DNA from: an uncultured bacterium
Lineage (GTDB): Bacteria; Verrucomicrobiota; Lentisphaeria; Oligosphaerales; Oligosphaeraceae
DNA length: 47,612 nucleotides
Assembly: GCA_902776645.1 (NCBI GenBank)
Contig: CACYQT010000031.1
Location: 1-47,612, forward strand
Reading direction: 5' to 3'
Part shown: positions 1 to 8,983 of the stretch, piece after piece
Numbering within the stretch: position 1 is the first letter of the stretch
Layout: each line of letters opens with the position of its first letter
Made by a program: the position numbers and the translations under genes
Notes under the pieces: model-generated
The model's database searches: none
The model's input: the letters and a program-made list of their open reading frames with translations, nothing else
What the model was told of the DNA's origin: nothing

Positions 1-200
1 GGCAGGCCTTCACGCAGTCCATCCATTCGTCGGAAAGATAGCCAGTCTGCAGACCGCCGCGGGCGTGCATGAAGAAGCCGCCGAGGCCGACCTTCTTCAT
101 CTCGCGAATCTGCCAGCGGAGCTCCTCCGGCGACAGCTTTTCATTCCAGCTCCAGAACGGAACGGGGCGGTACATGGATTCGGGATCGCGTAGATTCATT
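1..200 (-). CDS. Partial CDS (N-terminus only; gene runs off the window start): putative glycoside-hydrolase-like protein
   Basis: Reverse-complement of 1-200 reads MNLRDPESMYRPVPFWSWNEKLSPEELRWQIREMKKVGLGGFFMHARGGLQTGYLSDEW... The PFWSWN...GGFFMHAR pattern recalls N-termini of cytoplasmic TIM-barrel glycoside hydrolases, but the family is not determinable by eye. An SD-like AAGGAG sits upstream of the ATG at 198-200. Confidence 0.4.
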
Positions 201-252
201 TTGTGGCTCCTTTTTATTATATTATATTCTAGTATTCTAGACTTCTAGTATT
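201..252. repeat. CTAG-based short tandem repeat in a 52-bp spacer (TTCTAGTATTCTAGACTTCTAGTATTCTAGG), preceded by an ATTATATTATAT box
   Basis: Read directly: four CTAG cores in about 30 bp; the same family recurs inverted at 30437-30485. Confidence 0.7.
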
Positions 253-2472
253 CTAGGCTTTTAAGCTTTCCATGAATTTGCCGTGCAGTTGCTTCAGCTT
301 GTCAAGATAGAAGGCGATGTTTTCATCACGGACATCATCGGTCGCGTCGGACAGCAGCTTGCTGTTGTCTGTCACGGAGACGGTTTTCTTCACGCCTGTC
401 ACATAAAATTCCACGCCGTCACCCTGCGCGTATTCGCGGTTGGATTTCAACGCCAGTTCATACGCCGCGCTACGCTTCGTCTCGCCTTTCGCAAGCTTCT
501 CCGCATAGACTTTCGGCGACGTCGAAAGATATTCGCGTTTCGCAAAGTCCTTGATTGGAAGACGATGCTCACGGATATCCTCCGCATAGCGCTCATACAG
601 CGCCTCCAGTTCGCTTTCACGCCCTTTCAGCAGAAGTCCCACGAACTCAGACACGAACCGCCGTTGGAACGGCTCCAGGCCGCGCGACTTCAATGCCGCG
701 CCCGCAATGGAGATCTTGCCGTCCTCCGCCAGCAGCGCGTAGTTTTTCGCCTTGTAGGAGAACATCGCCTCGTAGCAGGCGTCCAGATCGACTTCGATGC
801 CCTGCGGCAGCATGGCCTGTACGGAAGCCTCCATGCCATTGACGTCCGTCATGCCCTGCGGCGGCTTGAAATAGATGCCATCCGTATCCATTTCAACAAT
901 TAACGCGCCGAGCTTGATCAAATTGTCGCGCATGCCGCTCAAGATTTCGCGGCCGCGGCCCGTGATGCGGCCCGCCATCGCATAGTCGTTGAACGTGCCC
1001 TGCACGAACGCCGTGTAGCCGTAGAACGAATTGATCAGCACCTTGAAACTGCTCTGTAACGCGTTCAGATGGTCGCGTTCCGCGCCCTCCGCCGTCTTCA
1101 TGGCGTCTTTCGCCGCCAGGCGGAATTCACGCAAGTCCCTCAGCAAACGCAAGTAAACACCGCGCCAGTCGTTCGACGGCGTCAGCTGCTCGCTGATGAT
1201 GATGGACGGATACAGGCTGCGCACGTCGATGTGCCACACGGGACGGAACACGCCGATCTCCGCCGCCTCCGACAGCGCGCCCTGCAGGAACGATGACGCC
1301 TGCGGCGACGGAAGTCCCGCGTTTTCAGAGAGATATTCCGCGCACAACAACGCGTCGATGCGCGTCGCGTTGCCGCGCAACACGCAGTTCTGATAACTGA
1401 ACGGAACCAGTTGGGCTTGATAGAAGTAGCTAGGCGACAATATCTTGCTCAACGCGTCCGTCTCCCGTACGTCGTCCAGGCAGTAGGCCATGAGCGTTTC
1501 CGGATCCGCTTCGTACATCTCGGAAATCTTGTCGCCGTCCACATACGTGCGGTTCGGCGCGGCGACGCCAAAGTATTTGGCGGTCGCCTTCAGGCCGTAG
1601 CTGTCCAGATCGCGATGGACGATATCATAAAGAATCACAAGAAAATACGTGTCGATGACATGGCGGCCGTACAAGTCATAGCGGTTGTACTGCGTCGCGC
1701 GTTCGCCCGCCGTGAACTGGCTGCGGCGGCATTTCGCCGCCTGGCCCTGCCGCCCGAGCGCGAAGGGGATCTTGTAGCGTTTGCAGCGCTTCTCCAGATA
1801 CGACAGGTCGAAATTGAAGATGTTGTGGCCTTCGATGACATCCGGATCGCGCTCCTGCACGATCTGTATCATCTTCTTCAGCAACGCCGCCTCGCCGCCT
1901 TCATGCTTGTTGGAGATGCAAATCTCGAAACCGTCGCTGTCTTTCAGCGAGACAAGCGTCACTTCGTCCTCCGGCAGATCCGCGTTGCAGAACGTATGTC
2001 CTTCTCCGCAATGTGTTTCGATATCCAGCTGCATGCGGCGGACCTCTTCGAATTTCATGCCGCGGAACAGGCGGATGCCAAGCCGCGTCAGCATCTGCTG
2101 GCTGAAGTCGCTGAACACGCGGTACGGCGCCAACGGCGAACTCGGGCTCGCCCCTGTCCGCTTCTTCAGATCCTTCAACGCGGCATCGTAATCCGCCAAA
2201 TCGGAAAACGACAGACGGACGCGGTGCGCCGCGCCTTCGCCTTCCAGATTCTCCAGTTTCGCGACGTTGGGAACGCTTTTCGCAAGTTCTTCTCCCGAAA
2301 CGAGAAGCCATGGTTCGAACGGCATCTCCTCCCGTCTGACGCCGTCTGGAAAACGGCGGAACAGAATGGCCTTGCCGGGCTCTTCGTATTCAATGGCCAC
2401 CACCCTGTCCAGGCGGCTTTTGACCAGGCGGCTTAAATCGATTTCGTTCATGGCCATCTCCTTGCGATTCAA
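253..2472 (-). CDS. polB: Family B DNA polymerase (DNA polymerase II-like) with 3'-5' exonuclease domain
   Basis: 739 aa. Exo I motif LDIETHC, Exo II NIFNFDLSYL, Pol motif A DVRSLYPSII, motif B KVLINSFYGY, motif C VEMDTDGIYF. Confidence 0.85.
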   Translation of the reverse strand: MNRKEMAMNEIDLSRLVKSRLDRVVAIEYEEPGKAILFRRFPDGVRREEMPFEPWLLVSGEELAKSVPNVAKLENLEGEGAAHRVRLSFSDLADYDAALKDLKKRTGASPSSPLAPYRVFSDFSQQMLTRLGIRLFRGMKFEEVRRMQLDIETHCGEGHTFCNADLPEDEVTLVSLKDSDGFEICISNKHEGGEAALLKKMIQIVQERDPDVIEGHNIFNFDLSYLEKRCKRYKIPFALGRQGQAAKCRRSQFTAGERATQYNRYDLYGRHVIDTYFLVILYDIVHRDLDSYGLKATAKYFGVAAPNRTYVDGDKISEMYEADPETLMAYCLDDVRETDALSKILSPSYFYQAQLVPFSYQNCVLRGNATRIDALLCAEYLSENAGLPSPQASSFLQGALSEAAEIGVFRPVWHIDVRSLYPSIIISEQLTPSNDWRGVYLRLLRDLREFRLAAKDAMKTAEGAERDHLNALQSSFKVLINSFYGYTAFVQGTFNDYAMAGRITGRGREILSGMRDNLIKLGALIVEMDTDGIYFKPPQGMTDVNGMEASVQAMLPQGIEVDLDACYEAMFSYKAKNYALLAEDGKISIAGAALKSRGLEPFQRRFVSEFVGLLLKGRESELEALYERYAEDIREHRLPIKDFAKREYLSTSPKVYAEKLAKGETKRSAAYELALKSNREYAQGDGVEFYVTGVKKTVSVTDNSKLLSDATDDVRDENIAFYLDKLKQLHGKFMESLKA

Positions 2473-2475
2473 ATA

Positions 2476-3627
2476 TTAGCGTAGTTTGATGAACAAAAGG
2501 AACAGCAGCGGCGTCAGCAACGCCTGCAACAGCATGAAGCGCACGAGAATCTGCGTCTCCGACCACATCAGTTTCTTGCGGCAGTGGTCGTGCAGCGGGA
2601 AACGCACGCTGTGCAGCATGCGGACAATCCATATCTGCTTCGCCGCCTCTTCCGCCGTGGCGAAATTTTTCGGGTTCTGCGGATTCTTCACGTTGTTGAT
2701 CGGCATGCGAGTGTCGAAGTGAAGTTTCCGCAAGAATCTCAGTATCAGCAATTTGACAAGACCCGTTCCGCCATTGATGATGAGAATCGGCGCAACCGCC
2801 AAGAACATGAACAGATTGCCGGAGGCCATGGCGCACACGCCGATCAGCAGGCCGAGATAACGCGAGCCCGCATCGCCCATCATCACGCTGCTTGGATAGG
2901 CGTTGTGCCACAGATAGCCCGCGAACACGCCCGCGCTGACGAACGCAAGCAACGCCCACTGCGCGCCGGAACCGTAGTGCGGCACGTTCAAGTATTCGGC
3001 CATGACGTTATGGCCGATGACGGCGTACAGGAAGATGCCCATGATGATCAACGTCATGATGGACAATGATCCCGCCAGGCCGTCCACGCCGTCGCTGCAG
3101 TTGACGGCGTTGATGCAGACGAACAGCAGAAACGCCGCGATCGGCACATACCACCACCAGTCCATGTACAGTTCGCCCTTCACGAACGGCACCCAGATGC
3201 GCATCGGCTGCAGCTCCGTGAAGCAAACCGCCGTCATGACGACAATTACGACATCCAGAAATCCTTTCTTCGATTCGCTCCACGGGAATTTGCTCGCATC
3301 GTCCAGATAGCCCGTCAGCATGACGAAAAACAGGCATGCCATCACGCCGAACACACGCAGATTGAACGGCATGACGAACGCCAGCACGATCATGATGAAC
3401 AGCACGATCAGCACGCCCGCGCCAGTCGGCTTCCCCTTCGCCTTTTCGGAACCTTCCACTAGGACTTTTCCGCGGTCATGCGGCAGATGGTCCCACAGCT
3501 TCGGCAGAAAATACCAGCAGAGCAGCGCGCCGACCATCGAGCCGACGCCCATCAGAACCAAATACGATTCCAGCAGGCGGAACGGCCCCCAGAATTTTGT
3601 CAGATACGGCGCTAAAAACGGCAACAT
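2476..3627 (-). CDS. mraY: Phospho-N-acetylmuramoyl-pentapeptide transferase family (MraY-like polyprenyl-phosphate sugar-phosphate transferase)
   Basis: 383 aa polytopic membrane protein. Motifs GYLDDASK, NAVNCSDGVDGLAG (MraY NAxNxTDGLDGLA), C-terminal HDH...WSETQILVRFMLL (MraY HHHFE...GWxExxVVxRFW). SD AGGAGG plus TATATAATAAT box in the 27-nt upstream spacer. Confidence 0.7.
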   Translation of the reverse strand: MLPFLAPYLTKFWGPFRLLESYLVLMGVGSMVGALLCWYFLPKLWDHLPHDRGKVLVEGSEKAKGKPTGAGVLIVLFIMIVLAFVMPFNLRVFGVMACLFFVMLTGYLDDASKFPWSESKKGFLDVVIVVMTAVCFTELQPMRIWVPFVKGELYMDWWWYVPIAAFLLFVCINAVNCSDGVDGLAGSLSIMTLIIMGIFLYAVIGHNVMAEYLNVPHYGSGAQWALLAFVSAGVFAGYLWHNAYPSSVMMGDAGSRYLGLLIGVCAMASGNLFMFLAVAPILIINGGTGLVKLLILRFLRKLHFDTRMPINNVKNPQNPKNFATAEEAAKQIWIVRMLHSVRFPLHDHCRKKLMWSETQILVRFMLLQALLTPLLFLLFIKLR

Positions 3628-3654
3628 TCTTCTTTCCTCCTTTATTCCCTATTA

Positions 3655-4482
3655 TTATATATGGATGCTCTCCACCTTTTTCTTCAAATCGTCCGCCAGC
3701 GCCATCATGTCCGGATAGCGCTGGTCGCGTTTCTTCGCAAGCCCTTTCATGAGGATCGCGCACAATGCGGGATTGAGCGACGGGTCGATATCCTGCGGAT
3801 GCCGCGCCGTCTGGACGGAGCTGGCCTGCAGATGCAAAAGCTTCTTCTTCGTGTCCGCGACGAACGCCGCCTTGCCGGTCACGATTCGATACATCATGAG
3901 GCTGAAAGCGAAAACGTCCGATGCCATGAACGCCATCTTCTCCTTGAACTGTTCGGGGGCCATGTACGCCGGCGTGCCCGGCTGCGGATACGGCCCGTTG
4001 TCGTCCGATTTCTTCGCAAGATCGAAATCCGTCAGTTTCACGATGGGAAGGCCGTTCGGCGATTCCTTCAAGAGGAAGTTCTCCGGCTTCACGTCCAGAT
4101 GCATGAATCCGTTGCGATGGACCCACGCCAACGCCTCCGCCGCCTCCACCAAGATATAGAGCATGTTCTTCTGAAGCGTCTCCGAATAGCTGTTCATCAA
4201 CGCCTTCAGATTCTGCCCTTCCAACAGTTCAATAATTTCGTACGGCCTGAAGCCGTGGTATCCCATTTCCAACGAGTTGACGATGTTCGGATGCGGACTC
4301 AGCACGCTGCGGACTTTCGTTCCGAAGCGGAAACGCCCATGGTCTTTGAAGCTCAGGACTTTCGACGTGTGGAGCTCGCGAAGCAACGCGCGTGTGCCGT
4401 CGCCAAGCACGATGGACGTCAACGACGCCATCCCCCCTTCGGCGAATTTCCCGAACTTTGCATATGTCAGTTTATTCTCCAT
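3655..4482 (-). CDS. Small stand-alone protein kinase domain protein (Hanks-type Ser/Thr kinase fold)
   Basis: 275 aa. Gly-rich GKFAEGG, catalytic loop HLDVKPEN, DFD (DFG variant) in KLTDFDLAK, APE motif YMAPEQ. No PASTA or other regulatory domain. The beta3 Lys position appears as R (ALLRE), which is not resolvable by eye. Confidence 0.7.
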   Translation of the reverse strand: MENKLTYAKFGKFAEGGMASLTSIVLGDGTRALLRELHTSKVLSFKDHGRFRFGTKVRSVLSPHPNIVNSLEMGYHGFRPYEIIELLEGQNLKALMNSYSETLQKNMLYILVEAAEALAWVHRNGFMHLDVKPENFLLKESPNGLPIVKLTDFDLAKKSDDNGPYPQPGTPAYMAPEQFKEKMAFMASDVFAFSLMMYRIVTGKAAFVADTKKKLLHLQASSVQTARHPQDIDPSLNPALCAILMKGLAKKRDQRYPDMMALADDLKKKVESIHI

Positions 4483-4501
4483 GATGACACACCATCGACG
4501 C

Positions 4502-6439
4502 CTACGCCAGACGACCGCCTTTCAACACCAACGCAACGTCTTCCGCGGAAAGGTTGTGATGTAGATTCAAGGCAACTTTCGAGCCGTCCGCCTTGACGAC
4601 CGTCGCCTTGACGGCCGTTCCGGCCTTCATCTGGCCATGGATGCCGTCGATGCGGATGGTGTCGCCCTGCTCGATCTTGTCCAGTTCGCTGGCGGAATCG
4701 AAATACAGCGGGACGATGCCGAAATTCAGCAGGTTCGCCGCGTGGATGCGTTCGATGCTCAGCGCGATGATGCAGCGCACGCCAAGATACATCGGGCAGA
4801 TCGCCGCATGTTCGCGGCTCGAGCCCTGGCCGTAGCTTTCCGCCGCGACGACGATGCCCGCGCGGCCGCTGTCGCGAACCGCCGCCGCCCGCTCCGCGAA
4901 CGTCGGCTTGCCGTTTTCGTTGAAGCATTCGAAGACGTATTTCGCATAGACGGGAATGTTGCTGCGGTATTTCAGATACGCTCCGGCGGGCATGATATGA
5001 TCCGTCGTGATTTTTTCGCCAAGTTTCAGAAGAACTTCGCCATCAATGTCTTGCGGCACGGGCGTGACGCTCGGCGGCGCGCCGATGGTCTCCTTGCGGA
5101 CGATTTCCACATCGCCGCAGGCAGGCTTGACGACCATCGAATCATCCACCAGAAATTGTTCGGGCATCTTCCATTCCGGATAGTCGATGCCGAGCGTGCG
5201 CGGATCCGTCAACTTGCCCGTAAGTGCCGTCGCCACAGCCGTTTCAGGGCTGACGAGATAGCACTGGTCGTTTTTCGTTCCCGTGCGGTTCAGGAAGTTG
5301 CGGTTGTTCGTGCGCACGCTGATGGTGCCGTTGGCGGGGCTGAAGCCCTGCCCGATGCACGGCCCGCAGGTGGATTCCAGAATGCGGCAGCCCGCCGCCA
5401 GCAGATTGGTCAGTCCGCCTTCAAGGCTCAGCATCGTCAGAACCTGACGGCTTCCGGGCGCGATGCCGAGCTCGACGTCCGGATGGACGGTGCGGCCGCG
5501 CAGAACCGCCGCCACCATGCGCAAATCCTTCAGCGAACTGTTCGTGCAGGAACCGATCATGACCTGCGAGACAGGCAGTCCTGCGACTTCCGCGACCGTC
5601 TTCACGTTGCCCGGATTGGACGGACAGGCCGCCATCGGCACGAGTTCGCCCAGATCAATCTCGATGACGCGGTCATAGGCTGCGTCGTCGTCCGCCTTCA
5701 GCTCCTTCCAGCAGTCCGCGCGGCCTTCGGCCTTCAAGAAGGCCAATGTCGCTTCATCGGACGGGAAGACGGACGACGTCACGCCAAGCTCCGCGCCCAT
5801 GTTCGTGATCGTCGCGCGTTCGGGCACGCTCAACGTCTTGACGCCGTCGCCGAAATATTCGACCGCCCAGCCGACGTTCCCTTTGCTGCCCAATATGCTC
5901 AAGACCTTCAGAATCACGTCTTTAGCTGAAACCCACGGCTTCAGCGAACCCGTCAGTTTGATGCCGCAGACTTTGGGATAGCTCAGCTTGAACGGCTCGC
6001 CCGCCATCGCCAACGCGACGTCCAGACCGCCTGCGCCCATGGCCAGCATGCCGATGCCGCCGCCCGTCGGCGTATGCGAATCGGATCCCAGAAGCGTCTT
6101 GCCCGGAATGCCGTAGCGCTCCACATGGACCTGATGGCAGATGCCGTTGCCAGGCCGTGAATACAGCACGCCTTTCGACGCGCAGACGCTCTGCAGATAC
6201 AGATGGTCGTTCGCGTTTTCAGGCCCCATCTGGCTTGTATTGTGGTCGATGTACTGGATCGAAAGCTCCGTCTTCACCTTCTTGACGCCCATGGCCTCCA
6301 GTTCCAAAAACGCCATCGTGCCAGTCGCGTCCTGGCAGAGCGTTTGGTCGATGCGGATTTCGACTTCCGAACCGACTTCGCATTTTCCCTTCACCAGATG
6401 TGCTTCGATGATTTTTCCGACAAGTGTTTTTCCTGACAT
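4502..6439 (-). CDS. Aconitase-family hydro-lyase (putative aconitate hydratase, short single-chain type)
   Basis: 645 aa. Aconitase Fe-S ligand motifs GSCTNS, cysteines in TCGPCIGQG, SVRTNNRNFLNRTG (SRNFxxR), swivel-domain KITTDHIMPAG. Confidence 0.8.
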   Translation of the reverse strand: MSGKTLVGKIIEAHLVKGKCEVGSEVEIRIDQTLCQDATGTMAFLELEAMGVKKVKTELSIQYIDHNTSQMGPENANDHLYLQSVCASKGVLYSRPGNGICHQVHVERYGIPGKTLLGSDSHTPTGGGIGMLAMGAGGLDVALAMAGEPFKLSYPKVCGIKLTGSLKPWVSAKDVILKVLSILGSKGNVGWAVEYFGDGVKTLSVPERATITNMGAELGVTSSVFPSDEATLAFLKAEGRADCWKELKADDDAAYDRVIEIDLGELVPMAACPSNPGNVKTVAEVAGLPVSQVMIGSCTNSSLKDLRMVAAVLRGRTVHPDVELGIAPGSRQVLTMLSLEGGLTNLLAAGCRILESTCGPCIGQGFSPANGTISVRTNNRNFLNRTGTKNDQCYLVSPETAVATALTGKLTDPRTLGIDYPEWKMPEQFLVDDSMVVKPACGDVEIVRKETIGAPPSVTPVPQDIDGEVLLKLGEKITTDHIMPAGAYLKYRSNIPVYAKYVFECFNENGKPTFAERAAAVRDSGRAGIVVAAESYGQGSSREHAAICPMYLGVRCIIALSIERIHAANLLNFGIVPLYFDSASELDKIEQGDTIRIDGIHGQMKAGTAVKATVVKADGSKVALNLHHNLSAEDVALVLKGGRLA

Positions 6440-6512
6440 GTTCTTTCCTTATTATATATAGTCCCTTTTGTCCTTTATGTCTCTTTCGTCCCTTTCCTCT
6501 CCTGCGCAACCT

Positions 6513-7616
6513 CTAGCCAAACGATTCCTCCAGTCTGATCAACTGGTTGTATTTGGCGATGCTTTCGGCTCGGTTCAACGAGCCGAAACGCGCATATTCC
6601 GCATGCAGCGCCACCGACAAGTCGGCGGCGAACAAATCGTCCGCGCCGCCGGCCGTCAAGGTGGAGACGACCAGCGTCTTGCCGCCGTCGCGGTACAACG
6701 ACGCATGGTCGAGAAGCCGCGTCAGCGTCTTCTCCGTGTTCAGATCCAGCCGCCGCGCACGGCTTCGCGGTGCCGCGCCACATAGCGTAACACCTTGCGC
6801 TTCAGGCATCGCCATCAACGGCGTGATTTCATCGTCCGGCCAGTCGATTTCGACATAGGAAATCGGATATTCCTTCAGCAAATCGACCAATCCTTCGCGA
6901 CGGCCTTCCGGCGACATCTGATCGGACGATTGCGGCATGGCCAAGCCTATGGACACTTCATCGCCCTGCGTGTACCCTGCGACTTCCATGGCCTGCCGCA
7001 GGCTGTCCAGAATCTCCCGCTCATCGCCGTCGAATATCTCCAAACCATGCAGTCCGATGGACTTGCGAAGCCCGCGGTTTCCGATTTCCTCTTCAAACGC
7101 ATGGGCGATTTCCGCGCAGCCGCGCAGCCGTTCACGGAAACGGACGCTTGAGCGCCGCCACACAAGCAACAGTTCACCGAACTGACTGTAGTTGACGATA
7201 TGCGCCACGCTGACAAGCGGATTCGGCAGCCGCCGCGCATTCACGCCGCCCAGATAGCGGCACAACGGAAGCTCCACCGCCAAGGCGGCAGCCTGCGCGA
7301 CCGCCAGTGAAACCGCCAGGCTCGAATTGCCGCCGATGCTCTCAAGATTCTCCAACGTGCGATCGACTCCCGCCTGGTTCAACGCGTCCATGCCGCGCAA
7401 CTGCGTGGCGACCAGATCCCGCACATTGGACAGCGCCATGCCGACGCCCTTCCCCCAGTAGCGCTTCGGATCGTCGTCCCGCTTGTCATTCGGAACATCC
7501 GCGACCGCCACGGCGCGCCCCAACGCGCCGCATTCCAGCATGACATCGCATTCAAGCGTCGCATTACCCTGCGAATCAAGAAGTTCCCGACTATCTATGT
7601 TTTGTATCAAGGTCAT
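6513..7616 (-). CDS. Enolase-family paralog with degenerate active site (367 aa, shorter than canonical enolase)
   Basis: N-terminus IDSRELLDSQGNATLE matches enolase IDSRGNPTVE; GKGV; GGNSSLAVSLAVAQAAA matches GANAILAVSLANAKAAA; C-terminus SIAKYNQLIRLEESFG matches RVAKYNQLIRIEEALG. The catalytic SHRSGETED segment is replaced by STLTAGGADD; the KTG lysine and the DDL metal-ligand region are not conserved. Confidence 0.65.
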   Translation of the reverse strand: MTLIQNIDSRELLDSQGNATLECDVMLECGALGRAVAVADVPNDKRDDDPKRYWGKGVGMALSNVRDLVATQLRGMDALNQAGVDRTLENLESIGGNSSLAVSLAVAQAAALAVELPLCRYLGGVNARRLPNPLVSVAHIVNYSQFGELLLVWRRSSVRFRERLRGCAEIAHAFEEEIGNRGLRKSIGLHGLEIFDGDEREILDSLRQAMEVAGYTQGDEVSIGLAMPQSSDQMSPEGRREGLVDLLKEYPISYVEIDWPDDEITPLMAMPEAQGVTLCGAAPRSRARRLDLNTEKTLTRLLDHASLYRDGGKTLVVSTLTAGGADDLFAADLSVALHAEYARFGSLNRAESIAKYNQLIRLEESFG

Positions 7617-7939
7617 ATTTTTAATTAATAATGAATAATTAACAATTAATAATTAATTGTTTTTCTTTTTTGCATTTACTCATTTTTTACAATCATAATC
7701 GCAAAAAACTAATCCATTATTTCCTTAATTGTTAATTGTTAATTGTTAATTGTTAACTGTTAATTGTATTTGTTTTTGCTTTAAGCTTTTGGCTTTAAGC
7801 TTGTTTTTGTATCTGCTTTAAGCTTTAAGCTTTTGGCTTTCAGCTTGTTTTTGTATCTGCTTTAAGCTTTAAGCTTTTGGCTTTAAGCTTCTTTTTGTAT
7901 TTGCTTTTAGCTTTAAGCTTTTGGCTTTAAGCTTGTTAT
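7617..7939. repeat. AT-rich intergenic repeat block: TTAATTG x6 (about 7725-7768) followed by 4 copies of a 46-bp unit rich in GCTTTAAGCTTT (about 7775-7938)
   Basis: Read directly; contains many AAGCTT palindromes; strongly AT-rich against a GC-rich background. Confidence 0.8.
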
Positions 7940-8974
7940 TTACCATTCAACTCCCAGCCCCGCGCAGTTGATTCCGCTGCCGATACCGAGCAACGCCACT
8001 TTTCCCCCCGCCTTCAGACGGCCTTCCTCCTCCGCCAGAGCCAGCGTCGCGGGAAGCGACGCGGAACCGCAATTGCCCAGTCTCTCAAACGTGGAATAAT
8101 CCAGTTCGGGAGACAGCTTCAAATGCTCGTAAAGCCTTTGGCGATGCATCTTTCCGACTTGATGCGTCACAACCACATCCGGTTGTTCGCCACCGTTCCA
8201 GCCACATGCCGCGCCAAGCTCCGCCCACATCGTCTCCGCCAACGCGACGCCGCGAACGAGCAGTTCCTCCGAATCCGTCTCCATCAACGGCTTGCTGTCG
8301 TCCGTCATGCCGCCTTCGACCGCCCCCTGGCAGAGGCGATTCTGCGATGTGTCCGCCCGCCATGCGGCATGCATCAGCCGATGGCCGCGACGCCCCACGA
8401 CGATTCCCGCCGCGCAGGATCCAATCGTCAACGACGCGAAATGGCTTTTCATCGCCTTGCGGTCGATCGTCCCGTCTTCGCACAGCGTCCGCACGGTGTT
8501 CTCCACCAGCGGGCCGCCGTTTTCGCCGCAGACGGCCAGACCGTATTCAATCTGCCCGAGCTCCACGAGATTCGCCAGCATCATGACGCCGTTGACCATG
8601 CCGAGGCAGGCGTTCGAGATATCGAACGCCAACGCCGTCGGCGGCAATTCCAGCAGACGATGGACGAACGCCGCCGTGGCGGGTTCGACGCAATCCCTTG
8701 ACACGGAGCAATTTATCAAACAGCCAATTTCGTTCGGCGAGACTTCCGCCTTCGCCAGGGCCTTGCGGCCCGCCGCGGCGGCGGCTTCGCTCGGCAGCGT
8801 CCCTTTGTTCCAGAACCGCCGTTCGCGGATGCCCGTCATCAGCTCCAGCCGCCCGACATGCAGATGCAGCCGTTCGTACAACGGCTGCAGACGCGTCTCC
8901 AGCTCCTCCGACGTGACGACGTTCGGAGGAAGCTCCGCGGCTACGGCTGTGATGCATGACTGATGGTATTCCAT
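7940..8974 (-). CDS. 3-oxoacyl-ACP synthase III (FabH/KAS III) family condensing enzyme
   Basis: 344 aa. Active-site Cys context DISNACLGMVNG, His in VVTHQVG, Asn in LGNCGSASLP, C-terminal GSGINCAGLGVEW, typical of FabH-like thiolase-fold enzymes. Confidence 0.7.
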   Translation of the reverse strand: MEYHQSCITAVAAELPPNVVTSEELETRLQPLYERLHLHVGRLELMTGIRERRFWNKGTLPSEAAAAAGRKALAKAEVSPNEIGCLINCSVSRDCVEPATAAFVHRLLELPPTALAFDISNACLGMVNGVMMLANLVELGQIEYGLAVCGENGGPLVENTVRTLCEDGTIDRKAMKSHFASLTIGSCAAGIVVGRRGHRLMHAAWRADTSQNRLCQGAVEGGMTDDSKPLMETDSEELLVRGVALAETMWAELGAACGWNGGEQPDVVVTHQVGKMHRQRLYEHLKLSPELDYSTFERLGNCGSASLPATLALAEEEGRLKAGGKVALLGIGSGINCAGLGVEW

Positions 8975-8983
8975 AACTCAGGG

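Noticed and set aside
1411-2436. 341-aa plus-strand ORF and several smaller ones inside polB
   Set aside because: Antisense to the well-supported family-B polymerase gene; Arg/Ala/Leu-rich with no motifs.
253-2472. Considered whether the family-B polymerase marks a pipolin/casposon-like self-replicating element
   Set aside because: The protein has the length and the full exonuclease and polymerase motif set of chromosomal Pol II rather than the longer primer-independent piPolB. No integrase, Cas1 or terminal inverted repeats are nearby, and it is embedded in a co-directional block of metabolic-type genes.
3661-5929. 311-aa and 430-aa plus-strand ORFs
   Set aside because: Antisense to the kinase and aconitase-family genes; high-GC reverse-frame artefacts (Arg/His-rich).
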